From a virus, in IMG/VR virus record IMGVR_UViG_3300031857_000111, positions 7,522-71,521 of that record: 64,000 bases of DNA; one strand, given 5' to 3'. Position 1 is the stretch's first letter; the number at the start of each line of letters is the position of its first letter. The notes beneath the pieces are model-generated. The model was given only the letters and a program-made list of their open reading frames with translations, was not told the origin of the DNA and ran no database searches. A program made the translations under genes and the position numbers. Below, in pieces: positions 1-8,349 of this stretch.

Positions 1-2
1 GC

Positions 3-1580
3 GGTAATAAGTTCTTTACAACGGGGGTGGATAAACAACTTGATTTTGTCATCCGCAGAGTGAAAAGCGCCGTTGACGGTATTAACTCGGTCTGTGATGG
101 AGGGGTTTTTGCGGGGGTGAATAAGTTTGAACCCCATACCTCTCAACACACTATGGTTGGTGTTGCCTCCTGCGCTGGTGTGCTGCTGATTACCGGAAGC
201 GTCGGGGTAAATGATGAGGTTGCGACCCGCAAAGCGGTCCCGAAGCAAGTCTGCATACCGCTGAATAGTGGCGTTAGGCATAAGAATTTCGTCAATCGCG
301 CATAGGCACTCATCACCGTCACCGTTAATGAATTTGACCATGAGCACGCCGCTCATCGGTGAGCGGTTAAAGTCGAGGCCCAAGTGTAGGTTGCACTTAC
401 CGTCGTCGTCAACGTAGGAGACAACGTGTTTGCTTCGTTGGAATGGCTGATAGACTTTACCCGTGGGGCTTTCCCATGAATTGAAATTGTTGATCCCCGA
501 CTGGACAAGATACGAGCGGTCATGCGAATCGACGTGCATGTTCCACACTTCATCGTGACCACTTTCTTTGCACGATACGACGAATACTTTTAGAGTTTTA
601 CGCTCCGCATCCCAACGCTCCGCAAGCCAATCAGGGAATAGCGGGAAAGATTTGCTGCATCGGATGGATACTTTCGGGGCGAGCAAGCTCGTGATCCGCG
701 AAGTCTTCATACCGAACTGACGCCCGATTTCCGCGTCTGACGCTCCTTGATTACGAAGACGCAGTAGGGGTTCAATTTTCTTTTTCGCATCAAAAAGGTA
801 AGCCTTTAGGTATTCCGACCACAACCAAAACTTAGTTTGTTTTTCTTGGCAATAGAGGCACCCTACGTCTGAGAGAAAACGAACGATATTTTCTTTGTTC
901 GAGTCAATGAGCAAAAGCCAGCAAGTATTGCCTCTTCGGCTATACTTAGAGACTTCACTTTTAATCCCTAGATCGGATAACAAGGAGCGCATCTGACTAA
1001 AAAATGCGGAACCATCAACTCCCGGATGCTTCGTCATTTCTAGTTTAAGCGTTCGGCATCCGCGCTGATTAGCATTGCGCTTTAGCGCGGAAGGGCTGTC
1101 TTCACTTTTCGGGGCGCTACCTTCCGCACCCCATATTGCGGCCATAAAAGCGCGCTTAACTTCTAGGCTTTCATGGGACATAACCCAAGAGGGGACGCTA
1201 AACTCTTGCCCTACTTTTTTGCCAATGACAACCCCAGCCTCTAAGAGCTTTTCTGTCCCGCTACCGGCTGCCGTTACTATGTAGTTGGACGCATACCCTG
1301 TTTTTTTGTGTTCATAGGGTTCTCTCATTTTTGGGATGATGCCACAGTCGAGCAAGTGTTTCGCGATCTTGTTCATGTCAGGCAACCCTTTCCCATAAAA
1401 AAAAGATTGCATGTCAACGTATTCACTTCCGCTTCGGCGCTTACGAACGACTTTACGGGCGTGCCCGTCCCCCAAATTATACGCTACCAACGCCGCCAAC
1501 TTAGCCTCTCGGCTTTGTGGTTCCCAATACACGGGGGTTTTCTCAAGATACTTAGCTTCTTGAAGGTTAACTACAGCCAT
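3..1580 (-). CDS. terL: Terminase large subunit, C-terminal fragment: C-intein with LAGLIDADG endonuclease (367 aa) fused to the nuclease domain; runs off the left edge
   Basis: Hand translation from ATG 1580, open to the edge: MAVVNLQEAK...LAALVAYNLGDGH...AFMAAIWGAEGS...VWNMHVDSHDRSYLVQSGINNFN|SWESPTGKVYQPF...LGLDFNRSPMS...IYPDASG...NPSITDRVNTVN...LFIHPRCKELI. These are TerL RNase H-like motifs. The ORF is not in the supplied track. Confidence 0.9.
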   Translation of the reverse strand, partial: MAVVNLQEAKYLEKTPVYWEPQSREAKLAALVAYNLGDGHARKVVRKRRSGSEYVDMQSFFYGKGLPDMNKIAKHLLDCGIIPKMREPYEHKKTGYASNYIVTAAGSGTEKLLEAGVVIGKKVGQEFSVPSWVMSHESLEVKRAFMAAIWGAEGSAPKSEDSPSALKRNANQRGCRTLKLEMTKHPGVDGSAFFSQMRSLLSDLGIKSEVSKYSRRGNTCWLLLIDSNKENIVRFLSDVGCLYCQEKQTKFWLWSEYLKAYLFDAKKKIEPLLRLRNQGASDAEIGRQFGMKTSRITSLLAPKVSIRCSKSFPLFPDWLAERWDAERKTLKVFVVSCKESGHDEVWNMHVDSHDRSYLVQSGINNFNSWESPTGKVYQPFQRSKHVVSYVDDDGKCNLHLGLDFNRSPMSGVLMVKFINGDGDECLCAIDEILMPNATIQRYADLLRDRFAGRNLIIYPDASGNQQHTSAGGNTNHSVLRGMGFKLIHPRKNPSITDRVNTVNGAFHSADDKIKLFIHPRCKELIT

Positions 1581-1809
1581 ATTAAACACCCACTTTCATT
1601 TTATGCTTCACAGAGGCGCGGAAAGTTTCACCTGTCTCAAGCGTGATTAGAGCGATTTGCTTATACCCCGTCTTACCAACCGCTTTGACTTCTACGGGGA
1701 CAACATCGCCAGCGTCAGTAAGATGGCATACTTTATTCCCAACCTCAATCTCTGAAATTGGTTTGAAACCGCCGCCGAAAAGGGGAACCTTGGTGCAACT
1801 TAGGTGGCA
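480..1809 (-). mobile_element. Intein in TerL, interrupted by a stop/restart (N-intein 1809-1585, C-intein 1580-480)
   Basis: Cys1 after FAAEFEA, block A CHLSCTKV, block B LETGETFRASVKH, two LAGLIDADG motifs, terminal FN followed by Ser+1. Excision gives FAAEFEA-SWESPTGKVY, a normal TerL sequence. Confidence 0.88.
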
Positions 1810-2493
1810 CGCTTCAAACTCGGCCGCGAACGTATGTTTATCCATAGACTGTCGCGCTTCGTTGACTTCGGATTCAGGAACAATACCCGCCTTGGCCGTA
1901 GTGATCGTAAACCCATAAATTCCTTTTTTGCCCGGATCAAGACCTTGGCAGTAAAGTTCGTAATACCACTTAGACCCCGCGCTAACTTTCGGGGTGCCCA
2001 GGAACAGAGCGTCACCCTGTTGATCCGCGAGTGCCGGACGAACAATCTTAGACCACATCGCCTCGTCAATGTCGGCGGCTTCGTCAAACACCGCAAACGA
2101 AATCGAGAGGCCGCGAAGGCGGTCAGGCACTTCCGCACCGAACAGGCGGATCATCGTTCCTGTGCGCTTAAGCACCAACGACATATCCGTGCGGTTGATT
2201 TCGCTAATCACTTCAGGCGGGATCATGTCTAGCAACTGCCGCCACATGATTTGCTTGGCCATCTTCAGCGTAGGGGCGATATAGACAACAAGCCCCTTCT
2301 CAACGCTATTGGCCGCCCGGTAAAGCTCGTGCATACAAAGGAACGACTTACCCGAACGTCGCCCCGCCGACACCACGCGATAGCGGGCAGGATGTAGATA
2401 GACATGCGCCTGCCAAGGGAGAAGGCCAAGATTGGCGATTGCCCTATCCTTCTCCTCCGGTTCGGGCTGCCAATTCAGTTTATCAATCGACAT
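1582..2493 (-). CDS. terL: Terminase large subunit, N-terminal ATPase fragment plus 75-aa N-intein
   Basis: Walker A AGRRSGKS, YIAPT, LRGLS, Walker B VFDEAA, coupling motif LGTP. The ORF ends in intein blocks A/B then TAA. Confidence 0.92.
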   Translation of the reverse strand: MSIDKLNWQPEPEEKDRAIANLGLLPWQAHVYLHPARYRVVSAGRRSGKSFLCMHELYRAANSVEKGLVVYIAPTLKMAKQIMWRQLLDMIPPEVISEINRTDMSLVLKRTGTMIRLFGAEVPDRLRGLSISFAVFDEAADIDEAMWSKIVRPALADQQGDALFLGTPKVSAGSKWYYELYCQGLDPGKKGIYGFTITTAKAGIVPESEVNEARQSMDKHTFAAEFEACHLSCTKVPLFGGGFKPISEIEVGNKVCHLTDAGDVVPVEVKAVGKTGYKQIALITLETGETFRASVKHKMKVGV

Positions 2494-3191
2494 TAGACTT
2501 CGCCTTCGTCGTCATCCTCGCCCGCGTCAAGCTGGTCAAGGACCGCACGCTTCTTAACCAGAAGCGGCTTGACTGTATCCTTGTTCTTCATCAAAGGCGC
2601 GAGGTTGCGGTTGCGATGCTCTTCTTCATTGGCCCTGCCCACCGTGGTCGCCAACTGCCCAAGCGACTTGGTGAGACGATTGAGGTTAAGGCGCACCAAC
2701 TCTCGCTTACTATCGTCTTGTGACTCAATCTCTAGGTGCCCAATTTCGTTTTCCATAAGATCAGCAACCCGGTCAATGATGCTATCGAGACGCTTGGTGC
2801 GGGCACGGATTTTCTTCAACCGTTCGGCCACTTCAGCGGCAGCCGTCAGCACAACCTCATCTTGGATTTGGGAGTTGCCGCGAAGCATCCGTAAAGCCTG
2901 CCTAGGCGTCTCATCCCCGTTAAGCATCAAGGCCCTTGCCGCATCGGCTACGCGAGGTTCTAAGTTTCTAGTCCACTTGTAACGGGAAATGCGATTTGAG
3001 ATAGCTTGTGAGGTAATGCCCTTGGCTTCGGGGAGGGCAGCGATATCCTTCAGCGACCAACCAATTCTGTAATAGTATTCAAGGGTTTCCCAATCTGCAC
3101 CCGAGCGATAAGCGCGCGTCTTTTTCTTCTTCCGCGAGACTTTCATCCCCGGCTTGATCGGAACTACTTTTGCGGCGCTATCTTCGGACAT
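2493..3191 (-). CDS. terS: Terminase small subunit (N-terminal HTH)
   Basis: DWETLEYYYRIG.SLKDIA...GITSQAISNRISRYKWTR HTH, coiled coil, TAATG overlap with terL. Confidence 0.75.
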   Translation of the reverse strand: MSEDSAAKVVPIKPGMKVSRKKKKTRAYRSGADWETLEYYYRIGWSLKDIAALPEAKGITSQAISNRISRYKWTRNLEPRVADAARALMLNGDETPRQALRMLRGNSQIQDEVVLTAAAEVAERLKKIRARTKRLDSIIDRVADLMENEIGHLEIESQDDSKRELVRLNLNRLTKSLGQLATTVGRANEEEHRNRNLAPLMKNKDTVKPLLVKKRAVLDQLDAGEDDDEGEV

Positions 3192-3207
3192 ATAACAGTT
3201 TTCCTCA

Positions 3208-3256
3208 TTGACAATGTGTGACCTTGTGTATAAGAAACAAAATCCCCATAAATCAA
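3208..3256. promoter_or_regulatory. Candidate overlapping divergent sigma70-like promoters (portal / terS)
   Basis: + TTGACA-17-TAAGAA (3208-3236); - TTGATT-18-TATACA (3256-3227); located at a strand switch. Confidence 0.4.
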
Positions 3257-3330
3257 GGGGTGGCTATTGACTTTACCCATCGCACTCCACGATACACATT
3301 TGAAATACCTATCGTGGAGTGTATTGACAG

Positions 3331-4833
3331 ATGCCGGTAAACACGCCTTCAGAGTCCTATAAAGAACACGCCGACGATTGGCGGCTGATCCGCGATGTTA
3401 TCGAAGGCGCTAAAGCGGTTCGGGCGGGGGGTGACAAGTATCTCCCTAAGCTTACCGGCATGGACTATATGGAATATGCCGCCTACGCTAATCGGGCGCA
3501 GTTCTTTAACGCCACGGCCCGCACCGTCAATGGTCTTGTTGGGGCGGTATTCCGCCGCGAACCTAAAATCATTCTAGGCGACGCAAACGAGTCTCTTCGC
3601 CCTTTGCTTGACCGCTGCACAATTGACAACCAATCCTTCCTCTCCTTCTCCCGCCACATTTTCCGCGAAACCCTTTCTATGGGGCGAGTTGGCGCGCTTG
3701 TGGACGCCCCGGCCAATGGTGGCATCCCCTATTTCACGTCTTACCCGGCTGAAAGCATCACCAACTGGCGCGTAGTCAAGATGCCAGACGAGCGCGTGGT
3801 TGCCGATCAAGTCGTGCTTTGCGAATACCGTGCCGTGCCTGCCGCTGATGGTTTTGGTTCGGATGAAGAGAAATATTACCGCGTTCTTTTCCTTGATAAC
3901 GATGGGCGCTACGGGCAGCAAATTTATGTTGAACAAAAGTCTCTCGACGGGCGTTCTCAATACGCTTTGGTTGGCACAACCTACCCCTCTCTCCCCGGTG
4001 CGGGCGGTTTCTACAACGATATGCCTTTTGTGTGCTTCAATGCTCGCGGAACGGGATTGAAGATTGAGAAGTCGCCTATTCTCGATATTGCAGAACTTAA
4101 CAAGCTGCATTTCCAGCGTTCGGCGCAACTTGCTCACGGCCAATTTTATACCGCAACCCCGACCTATTGGGCTATGGCTCCGGTCAATAACGACGACGTA
4201 ACCTACCGCGTCGGCCCCAACACGGTTTGGCTTGTGGAGCAGCCCAACGGCTGCGGCATCCTTGAATACCGTGGCGAGGGCCTGAAATATCTTGAAAGTG
4301 CTTGCAACCAACTTGAACAGCAAATGTCCGGTCTAGGTGCTCGCCTCGTCAGTGATCGCAAGAACACGGCTGCCGAAGCCTCTGATGTGGCTGCGATGCG
4401 CGATAAGGGTGAGACTTCCCTTCTGCATGAGATTGTCTCGGCTATCGACACCGGCCTTACCGACCTTCTAAAGACTTGGGTGCGGTGGCAGGGCCGTAAT
4501 CCCAAGGACGTGTCCGTTCGTCTCAACCGCGACTTCGTTGGTGCTGCCATCGAATACCGGACTTGGTTGCAGCTTGATCGCGCACACGAGAAGGGCGATA
4601 TTGATGACGAGACTTACTATCAGGTTCTTTTTGAGGGCGAAATGTTGCCTGCATCGTTTACGCCCCAAGATATTCCTGAGTTGATTAAGAAGGCTGAAGC
4701 GAAGCGCGCCAAGATTAAGCGCGAAGAAGAAGCCGCCAAGATGCGCGAGATTGAAGCGAAGCGCGCAAAAACATCGTCGGATAGTAGTGGTGATAACAGC
4801 AACGACGATGACAAAGACGATAGCAACTCTTAA
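3331..4833 (+). CDS. Portal protein (DUF4055-like)
   Basis: YLPK...YAAYANRAQFFNATARTVNGLVG.VF, PILDIAELNKLHFQRSA, LGARL motifs; 500 aa; first gene of the head block. Confidence 0.85.
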   Translation: MPVNTPSESYKEHADDWRLIRDVIEGAKAVRAGGDKYLPKLTGMDYMEYAAYANRAQFFNATARTVNGLVGAVFRREPKIILGDANESLRPLLDRCTIDNQSFLSFSRHIFRETLSMGRVGALVDAPANGGIPYFTSYPAESITNWRVVKMPDERVVADQVVLCEYRAVPAADGFGSDEEKYYRVLFLDNDGRYGQQIYVEQKSLDGRSQYALVGTTYPSLPGAGGFYNDMPFVCFNARGTGLKIEKSPILDIAELNKLHFQRSAQLAHGQFYTATPTYWAMAPVNNDDVTYRVGPNTVWLVEQPNGCGILEYRGEGLKYLESACNQLEQQMSGLGARLVSDRKNTAAEASDVAAMRDKGETSLLHEIVSAIDTGLTDLLKTWVRWQGRNPKDVSVRLNRDFVGAAIEYRTWLQLDRAHEKGDIDDETYYQVLFEGEMLPASFTPQDIPELIKKAEAKRAKIKREEEAAKMREIEAKRAKTSSDSSGDNSNDDDKDDSNS

Positions 4834-4844
4834 GGAGCGTTTGT

Positions 4845-5690
4845 ATGTCTAAGAATGAAATGAAGCTAATCAATCCGCAGCTTCCTTTTTTGCCTATGAA
4901 TATCAAATACTCAGCCAGTTTGGGGCTGCCATTTCTTGAAGAGGGCAGTCTTTTCAAAAATAAAGGTGTGGTTGTGTGCGGCACCGCCCCTACGCTGGTT
5001 GAGCCCGCCACCATCCGCGAGATCAAGCGCCTTGCTGATGCTGGCTATGTAGTGTTCGCGGTCAAACAGGCTATTCGCTTGCTTAGCGAGCGCGGTGTGA
5101 AGGTGTCGTATAGTTTTGCTATGGACCCCGGCGAAAAGCAGATTAGGAAGACGCCAATCCAAGAAGGCGTTACCTACATCGTCGCTTCGTCTTGCCACCC
5201 AGCGATGTTCGATTATCTCCGCGCCAACAAGGCCGATATTCGGATTTTCCATTCGGCGTGCGGCGCTACCGAAAACGGTTTGGGCGAAATGGACTTGTAT
5301 GCCAAGTATTTCCCCGACCATAGCCAACCCGAGCATGTTGCGTGCGGTGGATATACTGTCGTCAATCGCGCGGTAGCAGCGGCGCAGTATATGGGCGCAA
5401 AGCGCATCTACATTGCCGGTGCCCCTTTTGGTTGGCGTGAAGGCGCAGAGTATTACGCCCCCGGTGTCAAGGAGCCGGCAGGCAATGCCTCTGGCCCGAC
5501 GCTATATGACAAGAAAATGGTGGACGGTAAGGGTTGGTATTCTAAAGCCGACCTTCTGCCTTCCGCTGCGTCACTTGCTCGCAAGGCCAAGCGCGAACCC
5601 AACCGCTTCTTTTTTATTGGTGATTCGCTCGCCGCTAGTCTTGCAAAACACCCCGAGCACTTTCTACAGAAGGTGACTGAGGTAAACTAG
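4845..5690 (+). CDS. Maf/DUF115 (MAF_flag10, MptE-like) family putative glycosyltransferase
   Basis: VVCGTAPTL, FAMDP, ASSCHP, GGYTVVNRAVAAAQYMGAKRIYIAG match the family pattern; the usual G-x-D reads GAP. Confidence 0.6.
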   Translation: MSKNEMKLINPQLPFLPMNIKYSASLGLPFLEEGSLFKNKGVVVCGTAPTLVEPATIREIKRLADAGYVVFAVKQAIRLLSERGVKVSYSFAMDPGEKQIRKTPIQEGVTYIVASSCHPAMFDYLRANKADIRIFHSACGATENGLGEMDLYAKYFPDHSQPEHVACGGYTVVNRAVAAAQYMGAKRIYIAGAPFGWREGAEYYAPGVKEPAGNASGPTLYDKKMVDGKGWYSKADLLPSAASLARKAKREPNRFFFIGDSLAASLAKHPEHFLQKVTEVN

Positions 5691-5760
5691 TTTTCGCGGG
5701 GCTGTGCCCTGCCCGAACCGCGACCCCGGTTAGTTGGTCGTTCCCTGTGGGAGATTTATT

Positions 5761-6561
5761 ATGCCTATCCGTTTTAATCGTGCTACTTTTGCCCCCGAAG
5801 ATGGTGCTGGCGGCGGTGCTTCCGGTGCCGATATCAACGCCATGATCGAGGCTGCTGTCGCTAAGGCGGTGTCGGGCCTTTCGGCCAAGAACCAAGAACT
5901 GCTTGATGAAGCGAAGCGCGCCAAGCAAACCGCTCGCGACCTTGAGAACAAGCTGCGTTCGCTTGGTGATGAAGGCGACATTGAGAAGGCCCGCGCGCTT
6001 ATGGAGCAGATGCAGGCCGATGCTGACCTTCGCATGATTGTCGAGGGAGGCAAGACGGCTTACGAAGAGGTCATCAATCGTCGCACCAAGTCGGTTGTGT
6101 CGCGCGTCGAGCAGGAAAAGATTGCTGCTGAAAACGCTGCCAAGGAAGCCGCTGCCCGCGCCGAGGCTATGCAGAACCGTTGGAAGCAGGAACGTCTTGC
6201 TACTGCGGTGAACACGGCTGTTGGTAAGGCCAAGGCCCTGCCTGAAGCGAGCGAATACATCTATATGAAGGCAGCGGCGCTGTTTGAGGTTGACGACGAA
6301 AAGGGCGAGCCTCGCCTTCGCGCCGATAAGGTCAACGATGTGATCGACCGTCAGGGCAACCCCCATACGCTTGATACGTTTGTTGATTCTCTGCGCGACA
6401 CCAATCCGTTTTTCTTCGGCGTGCCGTCTGGTGGTGGCGCGAATGGCGGAACGGGTCGTGGTGGTCGCAATGAGCCGGCGCGTATCAACGCTGCCGATAG
6501 CGCCGCCGTGAGCAACAACCTTGAGGCGATTGCTTCCGGCAAGGTGGTTCTCGCCAGTTAA
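5761..6561 (+). CDS. Capsid scaffolding protein
   Basis: Coiled coil, GLSAKNQELL, C-terminal PFFF..SGGG; lies between portal and capsid; GGAG SD before ATG 5761. Confidence 0.8.
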   Translation: MPIRFNRATFAPEDGAGGGASGADINAMIEAAVAKAVSGLSAKNQELLDEAKRAKQTARDLENKLRSLGDEGDIEKARALMEQMQADADLRMIVEGGKTAYEEVINRRTKSVVSRVEQEKIAAENAAKEAAARAEAMQNRWKQERLATAVNTAVGKAKALPEASEYIYMKAAALFEVDDEKGEPRLRADKVNDVIDRQGNPHTLDTFVDSLRDTNPFFFGVPSGGGANGGTGRGGRNEPARINAADSAAVSNNLEAIASGKVVLAS

Positions 6562-6572
6562 GTAGTCAAAAC

Positions 6573-6752
6573 ATACGCGAGTATCTTGACTTTGTGGAGT
6601 TTGTTCCAATAAAGATACTCGTGTATAGTTTTCATACCCCTGCGGGGTATTGGAAGCATCCCGCCGATGCTTGTGGCGTCAATGCGGACGTGGAAACATT
6701 TTGGTTTTCATCGGCGGGATTGCCGGTAAACCTTAACCCGTAGGAGGTTTCA
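6573..6752 (+). promoter_or_regulatory. Structured leader of the capsid gene (three stem-loops, embedded TTGACT, AGGAGG SD)
   Basis: Stems 6573-6587/6612-6626, 6634-6640/6644-6650, 6658-6669/6709-6720. Confidence 0.6.
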
Positions 6753-7889
6753 ATGCCTAATAGCCTTTCCAATCTTGTTCCGAAGCTGCTTGCGCGTGGC
6801 CTCCTGGCCCTCCGCGAGCAGGCCGTTATGCCCCGTCTCGTCAATGGCGACTTCGGCGGCATGGGTGCGATGCGCGGCACCACGATTGACGTGCCGGTGT
6901 CCAACACCTTCACGGCGACCGACGTGGCTCCGAGCGTGACGCCTAGCTCCGCGCAGGATAGCTCCCCGACGCTGGTGCAGATTCCGCTCGACCAGTGGAA
7001 GGAAGTGCCGTTCTTCATCACTGACAAGCAGCGTATGGAGATCGAGGCTTCCGAGTCGTTCATGCCTATGAACGTCTCTGAAGCCGTGCGCGCTCTGGCG
7101 AACTCGATGGACGGTCATATCCACTCTCAGTATGTGGACGTGTATGGTTACGTCGGCACCGCTGGCGCCACCCCGTTCTCGGCTACCGTTGCTGACGTTG
7201 TGAACGCCCGTAGCGTGCTCAACAAGCAGCTTGCTCCGATGGGCGAGCGTCGCATGGTCATCAATCCCGACGCCGAAGCCAATCTGCTTCAGGTGCCGGC
7301 GATGAGCGACCTTGAGCGCACGGGTGACGAAGCGGTGAAGATCGAGGGTCGCCTTGGTCGCAAGTTCGGGTTTGACTTCTTCCAGACCACGAACGTCCGC
7401 ACCCACACGGCAGGCACGGCGGCTTCCATCACGGTTGCCTCCACCACGGCTGCTGGCGCTACCTCGCTTGAACTGATCGGTTCGGTGGGTGGCACCCTGG
7501 TTGTTGGCGATATCTTCTCCATTGCTGGCAACACGCAGACCTACGTTGTGACCGCTCAGGCTACCCTGTCGGGCACCAAGGCTGCGGTGTCGATCCGTCC
7601 GGCGTTGGTGGCGATTGCTTCGTCTGGTGCGGACGTTGCCAAGCGCGCGACCCATGTGGTCAACCTCGCCTTCAACCGCGAGGCGTTCGCCTTCGTCAAT
7701 CGTCCGCTCGCGGGCGTGGGCAACGGCAACGAACTCGGCACCATGATTTCGCAGATGACGGACCCGGTTTCGGGCCTGACGATGCGTATGGAAGTGTCGC
7801 GTCAGAACAAGCAGGAGAGGTTTGCGATGGATGTGCTGTATGGCGCAAAGACTATCCGTCCGCAGTTTGCTACCCGCATCGCCGGCTAA
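6753..7889 (+). CDS. Major capsid protein (P22 coat/HK97 fold) with Thr/Ser/Ala-rich insertion domain
   Basis: GTTIDVPV, ALANSMD, LAFNREAFAFVNRPL, DVLYGAKTIRPQFA; strong SD; biased codon use. Confidence 0.9.
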   Translation: MPNSLSNLVPKLLARGLLALREQAVMPRLVNGDFGGMGAMRGTTIDVPVSNTFTATDVAPSVTPSSAQDSSPTLVQIPLDQWKEVPFFITDKQRMEIEASESFMPMNVSEAVRALANSMDGHIHSQYVDVYGYVGTAGATPFSATVADVVNARSVLNKQLAPMGERRMVINPDAEANLLQVPAMSDLERTGDEAVKIEGRLGRKFGFDFFQTTNVRTHTAGTAASITVASTTAAGATSLELIGSVGGTLVVGDIFSIAGNTQTYVVTAQATLSGTKAAVSIRPALVAIASSGADVAKRATHVVNLAFNREAFAFVNRPLAGVGNGNELGTMISQMTDPVSGLTMRMEVSRQNKQERFAMDVLYGAKTIRPQFATRIAG

Positions 7890-7914
7890 TCAGCCCAGGC
7901 GTTGCGCCTCTAAC

Positions 7915-7950
7915 ACCCCTAGGGCTTATGGCCCTAGGGGTTTTTCTTTT
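7915..7950 (+). terminator. Rho-independent terminator after the capsid gene
   Basis: CCCCTAGGGC-ttatg-GCCCTAGGGG followed by TTTTTCTTTT. Confidence 0.85.
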
Positions 7951-8023
7951 GGCTGCCCTGGATGGGGTCGAACCACCGTGACGAGGGCCAAAACCTCGCA
8001 TCCTACCGCTAGATGACAGGGCA
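7950..8023 (-). tRNA. tRNA-Gln(UUG)
   Basis: Cloverleaf; anticodon arm CGAGG-TTTTGGC-CCTCG; GGTTCGA; CCA end. Confidence 0.9.
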
Positions 8024-8027
8024 AAAG

Positions 8028-8104
8028 TGGCGGGCCTAGAGGGATTTGAACCCCCAACCTACGAACTAGAACTTCGATGCACTATCCAGTTGTGCTATAG
8101 GCCC
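8028..8104 (-). tRNA. tRNA-Arg(UCU)
   Basis: Acceptor GGGCCTA/TAGGCCC, A20, loop GT-TCT-AG, G73, CCA. Confidence 0.85.
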
Positions 8105-8106
8105 AT

Positions 8107-8180
8107 AGGACGCGGTGGGATTTGAACCCACAACCTTCCGCTTACAAGGCGGATGCACTAGCCGATTGTGCTACACGTCC
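8107..8180 (-). tRNA. tRNA-Thr(UGU), CCA not encoded
   Basis: Anticodon arm TCCGC-CTTGTAA-GCGGA; T-loop TTCAAAT. Confidence 0.88.
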
Positions 8181-8185
8181 GTAAT

Positions 8186-8260
8186 TGGTAGGCCCGGTGA
8201 GATTTGAACTCACGACCAAGAGATTAAAAGTCTCGTGCTCTACCTCTGAGCTACGGGCCT
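8186..8260 (-). tRNA. tRNA-Lys(UUU)
   Basis: AGGCCCG/CGGGCCT acceptor; loop CT-TTT-AA; ACCA. Confidence 0.9.
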
Positions 8261-8266
8261 ATGGTC

Positions 8267-8344
8267 TGGTGCGCGAGGTCAGATTCCAACTGACACTGGA
8301 AACGCTTTTAAGGCGTTCGCCTCTAGCATTTGGGCTACACGCGC
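8267..8344 (-). tRNA. tRNA-Leu(UAA), atypical (short variable region)
   Basis: Arm AACGC-CTTAAAA-GCGTT; T-loop TTGGAAT; T6.T67 mismatch; ACCA. Confidence 0.75.
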
Positions 8345-8349
8345 AAAAG

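Noticed and set aside
5691-5760. Structured leader before the scaffold gene
   Set aside because: Only 4-6 bp alternative stems are present, as expected by chance at this GC content.
8028-8104. Possible amber suppressor (CTA) reading of the second tRNA
   Set aside because: Stem register CGAA/TTCG puts TCT at 34-36, and A20 and G73 fit Arg. TAG is also used as a normal stop in this genome.
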